Of a DNA stretch of 64,000 nt, positions 52,142 through 64,000 are shown piece after piece. Source of the DNA: an uncultured Gemmatimonadales bacterium (GTDB taxonomy: Bacteria > Gemmatimonadota > Gemmatimonadetes > Gemmatimonadales > GWC2-71-9); contig CAWJIM010000019.1 of NCBI GenBank assembly GCA_963842945.1, forward strand, positions 128,001 through 192,000. The letters run 5' to 3'. The translations under genes were made by a program, and so were the position numbers. Under the pieces are notes generated by a model. The model worked only from the letters and a program-made list of their open reading frames with translations, searched no databases and was not told the origin of the DNA. Position 1 is the stretch's first letter. Each line of letters starts with the position of its first letter.

Positions 52142-52187
52142 TCATTGCACCCTCGCTAGACGCGTCCCTCGTGGACGCTCCCTTCAG

Positions 52188-52215
52188 AACAGTGCCCCAG
52201 GTCACAGGGTTCCTG
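52188..52215 (-). promoter_or_regulatory. Putative ECF (SigR/SigH-type) promoter
   Basis: Minus strand CAGGAAC-N17-TGTT upstream of the orphan anti-sigma gene. Confidence 0.6.
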
Positions 52216-52241
52216 ACCTGCCGGCCGGACCGGGTGGAGGA

Positions 52242-52517
52242 GTGATGACGAAACGTGGGCGGCTCGTGACCCTGCTGGTGGCACTGCTGTTTGGTGGCTT
52301 CCTGCTCTGGTCTACGCTAGCCTCCCAGCACGTGGAGTGCACCGTCTTGGTGGCCTTCGGCAAGGACCAGGGCAGCGGAACTGCATCGGCGGCGTCCCGA
52401 GAAGATGCCATGCGCGAGGCCCAAACTGCGGCGTGCGGGCCGCTGGCGCAGGGTATGAACGAGAGTATTGCCTGCAGCCGGGTGCCCCCGATCACCACCC
52501 GCTGCCGCAGCTTGTGA
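52242..52517 (+). CDS. Small membrane-anchored hypothetical protein with four Cys
   Basis: GGAGG RBS, N-terminal TM; GTGA overlap with the next gene. Confidence 0.65.
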   Translation: MMTKRGRLVTLLVALLFGGFLLWSTLASQHVECTVLVAFGKDQGSGTASAASREDAMREAQTAACGPLAQGMNESIACSRVPPITTRCRSL

Positions 52518-53863
52518 GCCCTCCCCGATTTCATTTCCCCCACCCGCTGAGTCTTCTGGTCGGCTGCGTGCTGCTGGCGGCCGTACTGACCTGGGTTCTA
52601 CCTGCCGGTCAGTTTCAGCGACGGGAAGATCCGGCCACCGGCCGGAGCGTCGTTATTGCGGGAACGTACGGGCGGGTGGAGCAGCATCCTGTCGGTCCCT
52701 TCCAGGCGTTCGTAGCGATCCCGCGCGGAATTGTCGATGCGGCCTCAGTCATCGCGCTGGTCTTCCTGATCGGGGGCGCATTCACGGTAGTGGAGAGGAC
52801 CGGCACCCTGGGACGCGTCGTCGGGGGGCTGGCTCAGCGGGTGAGCCGCCGGGGGCTGCTGGTGATTCCGATTGCCGGGGTGGCCTTCAGCCTCGGTGGG
52901 ATCATGATGCAGATGCAGGAGGAGCTGATCGCCTTCGTGCCAGTGCTGCTGCTCCTGGTACGCCAGCTGGGGTTCTCTCCCGTCGTCGCCGTGGCCATGA
53001 GTCTTGGAACCGCGGCTGTGGGGGCTGCCTTCAGTCCGGTGAACCCGTTTCAGGTCATCATCGCCCAGAAGGTAGCCGAGCTGCCGCCGGCCTCGGGGCT
53101 GGGTTTCCGTCTCGCATTCCTGATTCCGGCTCTGGCCATCTGGATTGCGGGCACCATGTGGTACGCCAGGCGCACTCGCCAACCACCGGACCTTCCCCCA
53201 GCAGACCGAAGCATTCCTCTGGATTGGCGAGATCTGGTGATCCTGGTCTCGATTCTCGCTGCCTTCGCCATCTATATCTATGGCGCCCAACAGCTAGACT
53301 GGGAGTTCGATCAGCTTTCCGCCCTCTTTTTTGTGGTGGGAATTCTGGCGGGGGTGCTGGGCCGGCTGGGCCTGGCCGGCACGGCTGAGGCCTTTGTGGA
53401 CGGCTTCCGATCCATGGCCTTTGCCGGACTGCTGATCGGATTTGCCCGGGCCATCTATGTGGTGCTGAACGAGGGTCAGATCGTGGACACCCTGGTGAAC
53501 GGTATGTTCACCCCTATCGCCGGCCTTCCAGCCACCCTTTCCGCTCTGGCCATGATGGTGCTTCAGGCCGCGATCCACGTGCCGGTGTCCAGCACCAGCA
53601 GCCAGGCCGTGCTCACCATGCCATTGCTGGTTCCGCTGTCGGACTTGATCGGTCTCTCCCGGCAGGTGACCGTCCTGGCGTATCAGTACGGAGCCGGGTT
53701 GTGTGAAATTGTCACACCGACCAACGGCGCACTGATGGCGATGCTGGCTGCAGCGGGAGTTCGGTACGAGGACTGGTTGAAGCTGGCCCTGCCCCTGCTC
53801 GGCCTGCTCACCCTGCTGGCGGCAGTCGGGGTAATGCTGGCGGCGGGATTGCGGCTCAGCTGA
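52514..53863 (+). CDS. YfcC/DcuC-family transporter
   Basis: FPHPL, LTWVLPAGQFQR, NPFQVIIAQ, SSTSSQAVLTMP, AYQYGAG, PTNG. Confidence 0.9.
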   Translation: MSPPRFHFPHPLSLLVGCVLLAAVLTWVLPAGQFQRREDPATGRSVVIAGTYGRVEQHPVGPFQAFVAIPRGIVDAASVIALVFLIGGAFTVVERTGTLGRVVGGLAQRVSRRGLLVIPIAGVAFSLGGIMMQMQEELIAFVPVLLLLVRQLGFSPVVAVAMSLGTAAVGAAFSPVNPFQVIIAQKVAELPPASGLGFRLAFLIPALAIWIAGTMWYARRTRQPPDLPPADRSIPLDWRDLVILVSILAAFAIYIYGAQQLDWEFDQLSALFFVVGILAGVLGRLGLAGTAEAFVDGFRSMAFAGLLIGFARAIYVVLNEGQIVDTLVNGMFTPIAGLPATLSALAMMVLQAAIHVPVSSTSSQAVLTMPLLVPLSDLIGLSRQVTVLAYQYGAGLCEIVTPTNGALMAMLAAAGVRYEDWLKLALPLLGLLTLLAAVGVMLAAGLRLS

Positions 53864-54311
53864 CGCCGCTCAGATTCTCCAGCACTTTCATATCAGCCAG
53901 TCCCACGTGGCGCGATCGCTCGCTTCCGCCCTGGAAGGCAATCACCGTGGGAATTCCCCGGATGCCAAATCGCGATGCCGTGAGGGGATTCGCATCGGTA
54001 TCGAGCTTCAGCACCAGGACATCGCCGGCACGCTTCTGGGCAAACTCGTCCAGGGTTGGCGCCATCATCCGGCAGGGACCGCACCAGTCAGCATAGAAGT
54101 CCACCAGCACCGGCACCGCTGAACTGGTTATGGTCCGCTCAAAGTCCTTGTCACCCACCTTCTGGGGCCGGTCCAGCCGTAGCGGCTTGCCACAGTTGGC
54201 GCATTTAGGCCCGGCCGTCAGCCGGGCAAGGTCAACCCGGTTGGCGGCTGAGCAGAATGGGCAGGGAACGACCACCGGGCGCGCGGAGGGAGTTGTAGTA
54301 CTAGTTGTCAT
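53856..54311 (-). CDS. trxC: Thioredoxin 2 (zinc-finger thioredoxin)
   Basis: CPFC...CANC zinc finger and WCGPC active site. Confidence 0.9.
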   Translation of the reverse strand: MTTSTTTPSARPVVVPCPFCSAANRVDLARLTAGPKCANCGKPLRLDRPQKVGDKDFERTITSSAVPVLVDFYADWCGPCRMMAPTLDEFAQKRAGDVLVLKLDTDANPLTASRFGIRGIPTVIAFQGGSERSRHVGLADMKVLENLSGVS

Positions 54312-54434
54312 GGGCCCACCTTCCTGAATATTCCAATGCCTCCCCAAGTTTAGCCTCCAGAGGGCACCAGGCAACCGGACATTTGCGCGGCCACTTGGCT
54401 GAGCGCTCCCGCACCGCGTGATTACGTTCACAGA

Positions 54435-54462
54435 CAGGAACTGCCGGCGTGGCATTAGTGTT
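54435..54462 (+). promoter_or_regulatory. Putative ECF (SigR/SigH-type) promoter
   Basis: CAGGAAC-N17-TGTT upstream of the GNAT gene. Confidence 0.55.
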
Positions 54463-54505
54463 GCTGACAGGGGGAAAGGAGTCTCCCATCGGGAGGACGG
54501 TACGT

Positions 54506-54940
54506 ATGAGCGAGCTGACCATTCGAGACATGGAACAGGACGAGGACTTCGCGGCCTGGTTCTCGGAGATGCTCGAGCAGGAGGAGGATCCCGCCGGCTG
54601 GTCCAGCGCGCTTGATGAGCGCTACCTCATTCTCAGCAACGAGATCGGCGACTGGATCGGGGGCCTCCGCTTCTGGCTTCGCGGCGGCGTCGCCCACCTG
54701 GTCGACGTGGTAGTGCTGCCCCAGGAGCGCCACCGGGGTCACGCCCACCGTCTTCTGACCGCCTTCGAGGAGCGCGCCGTCGAGGCGGGCGCCCACGTGG
54801 CCGAGTTCTGGACCGATGACGCCCGCTCCGAGGGGCTGCTGGCAGCCTTCGGCTGGCGCCGGATCTTCACCCGCGATCGCTATATCGGGCAGCGGACCTG
54901 GTCCCTAATGGAGAAAGCGCTCGGCCCGAAGGAGGCGTAA
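54506..54940 (+). CDS. GNAT-family N-acetyltransferase
   Basis: VVLPQERHRGHAHRLL motif A; GGAGG RBS. Confidence 0.85.
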   Translation: MSELTIRDMEQDEDFAAWFSEMLEQEEDPAGWSSALDERYLILSNEIGDWIGGLRFWLRGGVAHLVDVVVLPQERHRGHAHRLLTAFEERAVEAGAHVAEFWTDDARSEGLLAAFGWRRIFTRDRYIGQRTWSLMEKALGPKEA

Positions 54941-55034
54941 CCCCCTACCGCAGTGGCACTCGCAGTACCAGCAACACTATATTTGATGGCTGGTTGCATC
55001 TTACTGCCTTGTCTTCTGTTGTCGAAGGTACTTC

Positions 55035-56012
55035 ATGGGCATCGCTACCGACCCCGCACGAGAGCTGCACTCGAAGATCGAGGTTCTCGAGGACCTGGAA
55101 GACACAGTCCGGGAGCTCATGGACATTCACGAGCGGAAGCGGGAGCTCTGGTTTCCCGCCGATCTGGTAGGCCCTGCCCCCGATGAATGCCCCGACACCC
55201 ATCTCGCTGCTCTGCGGGCCAGAGCCGAGGGCATCCCCGATCCCGCCCGCGCGGCGCTGGCGCTGAATCTCCTGACCGAAGAAGGTCTCCCCCACTTTCA
55301 CCGCCTCCTTGCCGTGTACCTGGGAGACGACAGCTTCTGGCGCAGCTGGAACAATCTCTGGACCGCCGAGGAAGATCGGCATGGCCAGGTACTCCACGAC
55401 TACGCCCGGGATACGCGTCTGCTGCAGCAGAGGAAGCTCGAAGAGATGCAGTTCGAGTATCTCAGAGCCGGCTTCCACCCCGAATGGGACCGGGATCCGT
55501 ACCGGGTCTTCGCCTACACCACGGTCCAGGAGCGGGCCACCCAGTTCTCCCACAGTGAAACCGGCAAGATCGTGGCCGAGTACGAGCCGCAGCTCGCCTC
55601 CATTCTTAGCCAGGTAGCCAAGGAGGAGGCGCGGCACTACACCTTCTATCGCACGGTCTTTGACGAAATTCTCAAGCGCGATCCGGACCAGGCGCTCTAC
55701 TCCGCTTCATTCATCCTTCCGGCCATCGACATGCCGGGAGTCACGATGCCCGGTTTCAGGGAGCTGGCCGACGTGATCCGCCGGGCGGGGATCTACGGGC
55801 CTCGAGACTACCTGCGCATCGTGCAGGAGCAGATCAGGTACTGGAAGATCGAAAGTCTGGAAGGGTTGAACGAGCTGGGGCGGAAGGCTCAAGAGAAAAT
55901 CATGGGTATTCCCGCGCGCCTCAAGCGCATCGCCGAGCATATGGAAACCCGCAGCAAGAGCAAGACATTCAGTTTCGAGGTTGTGTTCAACCGCGAATTC
56001 GCGATGGAATGA
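55035..56012 (+). CDS. Acyl-ACP desaturase (DesA-like di-iron enzyme)
   Basis: LLTEEGLP, WTAEEDRHG, QERAT, AKEEARH, MPG. Confidence 0.93.
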   Translation: MGIATDPARELHSKIEVLEDLEDTVRELMDIHERKRELWFPADLVGPAPDECPDTHLAALRARAEGIPDPARAALALNLLTEEGLPHFHRLLAVYLGDDSFWRSWNNLWTAEEDRHGQVLHDYARDTRLLQQRKLEEMQFEYLRAGFHPEWDRDPYRVFAYTTVQERATQFSHSETGKIVAEYEPQLASILSQVAKEEARHYTFYRTVFDEILKRDPDQALYSASFILPAIDMPGVTMPGFRELADVIRRAGIYGPRDYLRIVQEQIRYWKIESLEGLNELGRKAQEKIMGIPARLKRIAEHMETRSKSKTFSFEVVFNREFAME

Positions 56013-56462
56013 TCCGCTGGGTTCTGCTGCGCATCCCTTTCATGCTGGTGTTCGTGGTCGCGGGCTGCACCGGAACGGGCAGCTCGAGCTCGCGCCCGCG
56101 GGCCCCGAGCGAGCTCTCTCCCGATGAGCGCGACGCTCAAGTCCTCGGGCGGGAAATTTTCGGCTTGATTGATCGCGCGGTCGACTACCGAGGCTCTCAC
56201 CGGGGACGGCCGCCTGGGACCCTGAAGCAGATGGGCGCTGAAAGCCTCACCACCACGACCGTTCGGCGAATCGTCAATGTGCAGCGGGAGCCGGTGGTCA
56301 CGGTCCGGTTCCGTCAACCTGGCGGCCGGCGAGATCGTCTCCTGCTGGGGGGACAGCAAGATTCTGGAAGACGCGTCGGTCAGTGGGAGTTACACCCTCA
56401 TGTGCACCGCCAGCTCCGGCGCCCAACGCCAAATGGAGGTGGTGACCTCGGGCGAGCCCTGA
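56009..56462 (+). CDS. Hypothetical lipoprotein (probable frameshift near 56320)
   Basis: VVAGC lipobox; plausible continuation in ORF 56277-56462 ending before the YggT gene. Confidence 0.55.
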
Positions 56463-56480
56463 GTCCGAACTCTCCCCTCC

Positions 56481-57056
56481 ATGAACCTCGCCACGCTCGA
56501 CGCCGCCCTCCGCATTCTCGTCATCGTAGCCTTGTTGTACGCTTCGATCGTGGCCCTCACGTCCTGGGGGACACGGACCCGCCGGATCAATCCATTTGGA
56601 ACCTGGCCCCGCTTCGTTCGCCGGGTGAGCGATCCGCTTCTCCTCCGCTTGGAGCGCCGGGTCATTGCCGCTGGAGGCAGCCCGCAAACCGCCCCTCTGT
56701 GGCTGGTCGGGCTGGTCATCGCCGGCGGGCTCGTTCTCCTGAGCCTGACACACTGGCTGATCGGAATGGCTGCCGGTGTTTCGCTGGCCATCAGAAGCGG
56801 CCCCCGGATCTGGCTGCGCCTGCTGCTGAGCGCGCTCTTTACCATCCTGATGACGGCGCTGTTGATCCGGGTCATCGCATCGTGGTTCGGGATCGGCCCG
56901 TACAATCGCTGGATGCGGCCCATCGTAGCGCTGACCGGCTGGCTGATCGACCCGATCAGGAGAGTGCTTCCACCCTTTGGGATGATTGATTTCAGCCCCA
57001 TGGTGGCCTGGCTGGTGCTTTATCTGGTTCGCGGGTTTGTGCTGGGGATGATCTGA
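56481..57056 (+). CDS. YggT-family membrane protein
   Basis: Two YggT-like repeats; PIRRVLPPFGMIDFSPMVA. Confidence 0.9.
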   Translation: MNLATLDAALRILVIVALLYASIVALTSWGTRTRRINPFGTWPRFVRRVSDPLLLRLERRVIAAGGSPQTAPLWLVGLVIAGGLVLLSLTHWLIGMAAGVSLAIRSGPRIWLRLLLSALFTILMTALLIRVIASWFGIGPYNRWMRPIVALTGWLIDPIRRVLPPFGMIDFSPMVAWLVLYLVRGFVLGMI

Positions 57057-57067
57057 TCGCGCCCGAA

Positions 57068-57096
57068 TTGACTCCCTGCAGTCCGGCGGTTAACTT
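57068..57096 (+). promoter_or_regulatory. Sigma-70 promoter of metH
   Basis: TTGACT-17 nt-TAACTT. Confidence 0.6.
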
Positions 57097-57111
57097 GAGT
57101 TAACAATTGAG

Positions 57112-57160
57112 CCCGTGGCGATTTGCGCTGATTGCGGCCACGTAAAATAACCGCTAAAAC
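57112..57160 (+). ncRNA. SAM-II (SAM-alpha)-like riboswitch
   Basis: CCCGTGGCGATTTG...TTGCGGCCACGTAAAATAACCGCTAAAA follows the SAM-II pattern (CGUGG/CCACG P1, GAUUUG, UUGC, GCUAAA); upstream of methionine synthase. Confidence 0.85.
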
Positions 57161-57166
57161 GCTACC

Positions 57167-57194
57167 CCTGAGGCGTTTTGGCTTCAGGTTTTTT
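57167..57194 (+). terminator. Riboswitch-associated intrinsic terminator
   Basis: CCTGAGGC-GTTTTG-GCTTCAGG followed by T6, upstream of the metH RBS. Confidence 0.8.
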
Positions 57195-57209
57195 GTTTGG
57201 GAGGTCTTT

Positions 57210-60971
<3,762 letters not shown>

Positions 60972-60972
60972 A

Positions 60973-62817
60973 ATGCCGACGCTGCGCGATCTGATCGGGG
61001 ATGGCCGGGTCCACGTGCTGGACGGCGCGATGGGCACAATGCTGTACAGCCGCGGCGTCTTCGTGAATGTGAGCTATGACGAGCTCAACCTGAGCCAGCC
61101 CGCCCTGGTGCGCGAAGTGCACGAGGCCTACGTCCAGGCCGGCGCGGAGATCCTGGAGACCAACACCTTCGGGGCCAATCCGGTCAAGCTCTCGAGCCAC
61201 GGGCTCGATGAGCAGACCGAGGTCATCAACCGCTCTGCCGTAGCCCTTGCCCGGCAGGCTGCCGGCCATCGCGCGCTGGTAATCGGCGCCATCGGCCCGC
61301 TGGGAATACGGCTGGAGCCCTGGGGACCGACGGCCCGGGGTGAGGCCATCGCGTTCTTCAGCCGGCAGGCCCGCGGCCTCCTGGAAGGCGAGGTGGACGG
61401 CTTCATCCTCGAGACCTTCAGCGATCTCAACGAGCTGGAGGCGGCACTCTGCGCCCTGCGCTCGCTCAGTGACCTGCCCATTATCGCCCAGATGACGGTA
61501 AGCCAGGATGGCAATACCAGCTACGGTACCTCGGTCGAGACCATCGCGTCGAAGCTGGACGAGCTGGGAGCCGACGTCGTGGGTCTGAACTGCTCGGTGG
61601 GCCCCGCAGCCATGCTCGACGGGATCGAGCGCATGGTCGAGCACACCCATCGCCCGATCTCGGCCCAACCCAACGCCGGATTGCCCCGGGCAGTGGATGA
61701 CCGGCGTATTTATCTCGCCAGCCCGGAGTACATGGGGTCCTACGCCCGCCGGATGATCCAGGCCGGCGCCCGTTTCGTGGGCGGTTGCTGCGGCACCACA
61801 CCGGATCACATTCGGAAGATCCACGCTTATGTGTCGAGCCTGCAGCCGAGACTCGTTGCAGCGGACCCCACTGCGCGAGCGCGGGAGCCGATCGGAGTAG
61901 CGCCTGCACCCCTGGCGGAGCGGTCCCGGCTGGGAGAGAAGCTGGCCCGGGGCGAGTGGGTGAATACGGTCGAGATCGCGCCACCGAAGGGTTGGAACGC
62001 CGCTGAGATGATCGAGCAGTGCCGCTCGCTGCAGGAGGCCGGGGTAGACGCGGTCAATGTGCTCGACAGCGCCCGGGCCCAGAGCCGAATGGGCGTGCTG
62101 CCCGCGGCCCTGATCGTCCAGCGTGAGACAGGCATCGAAACGGTGTTCCACTACACCTGCCGCGACCGCAACATGCTCGGCATGCTGAGCGACCTCCTCG
62201 GGGCGGCAGCCGGTGGGCTTCGCAACGTGCTGATCGTCACCGGCGATCCTCCCGCCATGGGACCGTACCCGGACTCCACCGCGGTGTTCGACATCGACAG
62301 CATCGGACTCATCAATGTCGTCCGGCGGCTCAACCAGGGGCTGGATCCGGGCGGAAACCAGATCGGCGAGCCCACCCGCTTTGTGGTTGGTGTCGCGTTG
62401 AACCAGGGAGCCGAGCAACGGCGCGAGCTCGAGAGATACGCCTGGAAGGTCGAGGCCGGAGCCGATTTTGCCGTCACTCAACCGGTATTCGATCCCGAAC
62501 AGCTGGCCCGGTTTCTGGAGCGGGCCAAATCGCCCGTCCCGGTCATCGCCGGAATCTGGCCCCTGACTTCGCTCCGGAACGCGGAGTTCCTGGCCAACGA
62601 GGTCCCCGGCGTTGTGGTGCCGCCAGGGATCATCGAGCGGATGCGGAAGGCGCAGGAACATGGATCTGCCGCAGCGCGCTTGGAGGGCGTTGCGATAGCG
62701 TCGGAAATGGTGGAGGCCGTCAAGAATCTGGTGCAGGGAGTTCAGGTAAGCGCATCGTCCGGCCGGGTCGGTGTGGCGCTCGAGACCCTCTACAGCAGCT
62801 CCACGATCTTACGGTAA
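60973..62817 (+). CDS. Bifunctional homocysteine S-methyltransferase / methylenetetrahydrofolate reductase (YitJ-like)
   Basis: [19 protein letters not shown], then HYTCRDRN, VTGDPP, GADFAVTQPVF, FLANEVPG. Confidence 0.93.
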   Translation: MPTLRDLIGDGRVHVLDGAMGTMLYSRGVFVNVSYDELNLSQPALVREVHEAYVQAGAEILETNTFGANPVKLSSHGLDEQTEVINRSAVALARQAAGHRALVIGAIGPLGIRLEPWGPTARGEAIAFFSRQARGLLEGEVDGFILETFSDLNELEAALCALRSLSDLPIIAQMTVSQDGNTSYGTSVETIASKLDELGADVVGLNCSVGPAAMLDGIERMVEHTHRPISAQPNAGLPRAVDDRRIYLASPEYMGSYARRMIQAGARFVGGCCGTTPDHIRKIHAYVSSLQPRLVAADPTARAREPIGVAPAPLAERSRLGEKLARGEWVNTVEIAPPKGWNAAEMIEQCRSLQEAGVDAVNVLDSARAQSRMGVLPAALIVQRETGIETVFHYTCRDRNMLGMLSDLLGAAAGGLRNVLIVTGDPPAMGPYPDSTAVFDIDSIGLINVVRRLNQGLDPGGNQIGEPTRFVVGVALNQGAEQRRELERYAWKVEAGADFAVTQPVFDPEQLARFLERAKSPVPVIAGIWPLTSLRNAEFLANEVPGVVVPPGIIERMRKAQEHGSAAARLEGVAIASEMVEAVKNLVQGVQVSASSGRVGVALETLYSSSTILR

Positions 62818-63653
62818 CGCGCCTCGACCTGGTGAAAGCCCAGGTTGCTCAGGTACACCTTGTCCGCGCCGATCTCGCGAAGCATCCGGACCGAGCGGGC
62901 GCAGATAGCCTCCGGACTCATTCCGGCTTCGAATTCGCGGGTTAGTTCGGCGGCCGGGACCGGAAAGAAATCGGCCAGCTTGGCCAGGGTTGCAGGGTTG
63001 GCGCTGCGGTATAGAAACACCCCGAACACACCAGGATAGGGCACTTCTCTCCGGCGGGCCTCCTCGAGAAATCGCTCCACGGCGGCAATGCTGTGGTGAG
63101 ACACGATCTGCGTCAGATAAAAGTCCGCTTCGAATTTTGGATCCAGTAGAAAATCCACCTGTTCCTCAGCCGGCCGGTGCGGGTTGGCCCAGCCGCCCAG
63201 GTCCAGGCCGGGGACCCGGCGGCGGATCAGCGTCCGCAGCTCTCGCGCATGGGGAACGCACCGCGGCGGGCCGGCGGTGTGGTCACCACCCAACACCGTG
63301 AGCGCCTCGAAGCCGTAGGATGCGGCTCGCGAGGCATGCATCAGGCAGTACTCGATCGAATGCTTGGAGGTGAGGAAGGGAACGATGTGACGCGGATCGA
63401 CGTCGCCCGCCAGATTGGCGGTCAGATGGCCCAGGTTTTCCTCTTCCGAGAGCCCCACCGCATTATCCGTCAGGAAGATCACGGTGTCCCGGCGGGCCAG
63501 CCGCTGGATCGAGTGGTACATGTCGATCCAGAGCTCCATGCTGTCTGCCGACGACAGGCCGGTGCGGGGAGGCCGCAGCTCGACCGCCGCGAGGGGACGG
63601 TCCTGGCGGAGTCGCTGGAGCACGGAGCTTGCTGGACGTGAATCGATACCCAT
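62790..63653 (-). CDS. Methylenetetrahydrofolate reductase-like protein
   Basis: VELRPP, FLTDNAVG, LTVLGGD, GGWANP, ADFYLTQIV resemble a divergent MTHFR barrel. Confidence 0.65.
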   Translation of the reverse strand: MGIDSRPASSVLQRLRQDRPLAAVELRPPRTGLSSADSMELWIDMYHSIQRLARRDTVIFLTDNAVGLSEEENLGHLTANLAGDVDPRHIVPFLTSKHSIEYCLMHASRAASYGFEALTVLGGDHTAGPPRCVPHARELRTLIRRRVPGLDLGGWANPHRPAEEQVDFLLDPKFEADFYLTQIVSHHSIAAVERFLEEARRREVPYPGVFGVFLYRSANPATLAKLADFFPVPAAELTREFEAGMSPEAICARSVRMLREIGADKVYLSNLGFHQVEARYRKIVELL

Positions 63654-63738
63654 TGTGGCCGGGGAAACTAACGGGGACCGTAACTCGCAGCGAGATTATC
63701 TTGAGCTGAGAATCATGACCCCTGACCCGGACCATTCC

Positions 63739-64000
63739 ATGTCCACGCTGTCCGTCGCCACGCCTGCCCTAACGATCCTGTCCGAGGAAGAGTCGCTGTT
63801 TCGCGACGCCGTCCGCGAGTTCGCGGAGACCGAGATCCGGCCACACGTACAGGCAATGGACGAGGCGGCGCAGTTCCGGCCCGATCTGATTCCCAAGTTC
63901 TTCGAGCTGGGATTGATGGGGATCGAGGTGCCCGAGACGTTCGGCGGGAGCGGTGGAAGCATCTTCATGGCCGCCATTGCAATCGAAGAGCTGGCGCGGG
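63739..64000 (+). CDS. Acyl-CoA dehydrogenase, N-terminal part (runs off window end)
   Basis: Read by hand: LSEEESLFRDAVREFAETEIRP...LGLMGIEVPETFGGSG...IEELAR. Confidence 0.92.
   Translation, partial: MSTLSVATPALTILSEEESLFRDAVREFAETEIRPHVQAMDEAAQFRPDLIPKFFELGLMGIEVPETFGGSGGSIFMAAIAIEELAR

Noticed and set aside
800..56330. Many frameshifts suggesting mass pseudogenisation or programmed frameshifting
   Set aside because: They hit unrelated genes, including housekeeping ones, as small indels while motifs and codon bias stay intact; long-read consensus error is the simplest explanation. Read polishing would settle it.

Overview
GC-rich bacterial chromosomal window. The gene content (PorV/T9SS-CTD cassette, GWxTD protein) suggests an FCB-group organism, most plausibly Gemmatimonadota; this is inference, not a database result. 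Many genes are split by small indels, densest at 0.8-12.4 kb, which I read as long-read assembly errors. Left to right: (1) minus-strand operon of TonB-dependent receptor, large protein with a T9SS-like C-terminal domain, PorV-family barrel, GWxTD protein and lipoprotein; (2) M24 peptidase and V4R-like protein; (3) SigR/SigH-like ECF sigma/anti-sigma pair heading a coupled operon of DUF92, FAD oxidoreductase, flavin reductase, methyltransferase, SRPBCC cyclase, FabF-like ketosynthase and aquaporin; (4) four-helix-bundle gene enclosed by inverted heptamer repeats; (5) ccmABCD, response regulator, STAS, acs, two kup genes, VKOR-DsbA; (6) OsmC, CDP-alcohol transferase, GalU-like enzyme, degenerate AdoMetDC, M16 peptidase, TPR protein; (7) TolC/EmrA pair, truncated GxxExxY gene, histidine kinase and sigma-54 activator, then a sigma-54 promoter and pqqABCDE; (8) pruA, WtpA-like binding protein, PAP2, cutA, orphan anti-sigma, YfcC, trxC, GNAT, acyl-ACP desaturase, YggT; (9) SAM-II-like riboswitch with terminator/antiterminator ahead of metH and a YitJ-like gene, an MTHFR-like gene and a partial acyl-CoA dehydrogenase. 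No rRNA, tRNA, CRISPR array or transposase was seen. Best candidates for undescribed biology: the TBDR-CTD-PorV-GWxTD cassette, the ECF-linked ketosynthase/SRPBCC operon, a three-site ECF promoter motif, and the repeat-enclosed small genes.
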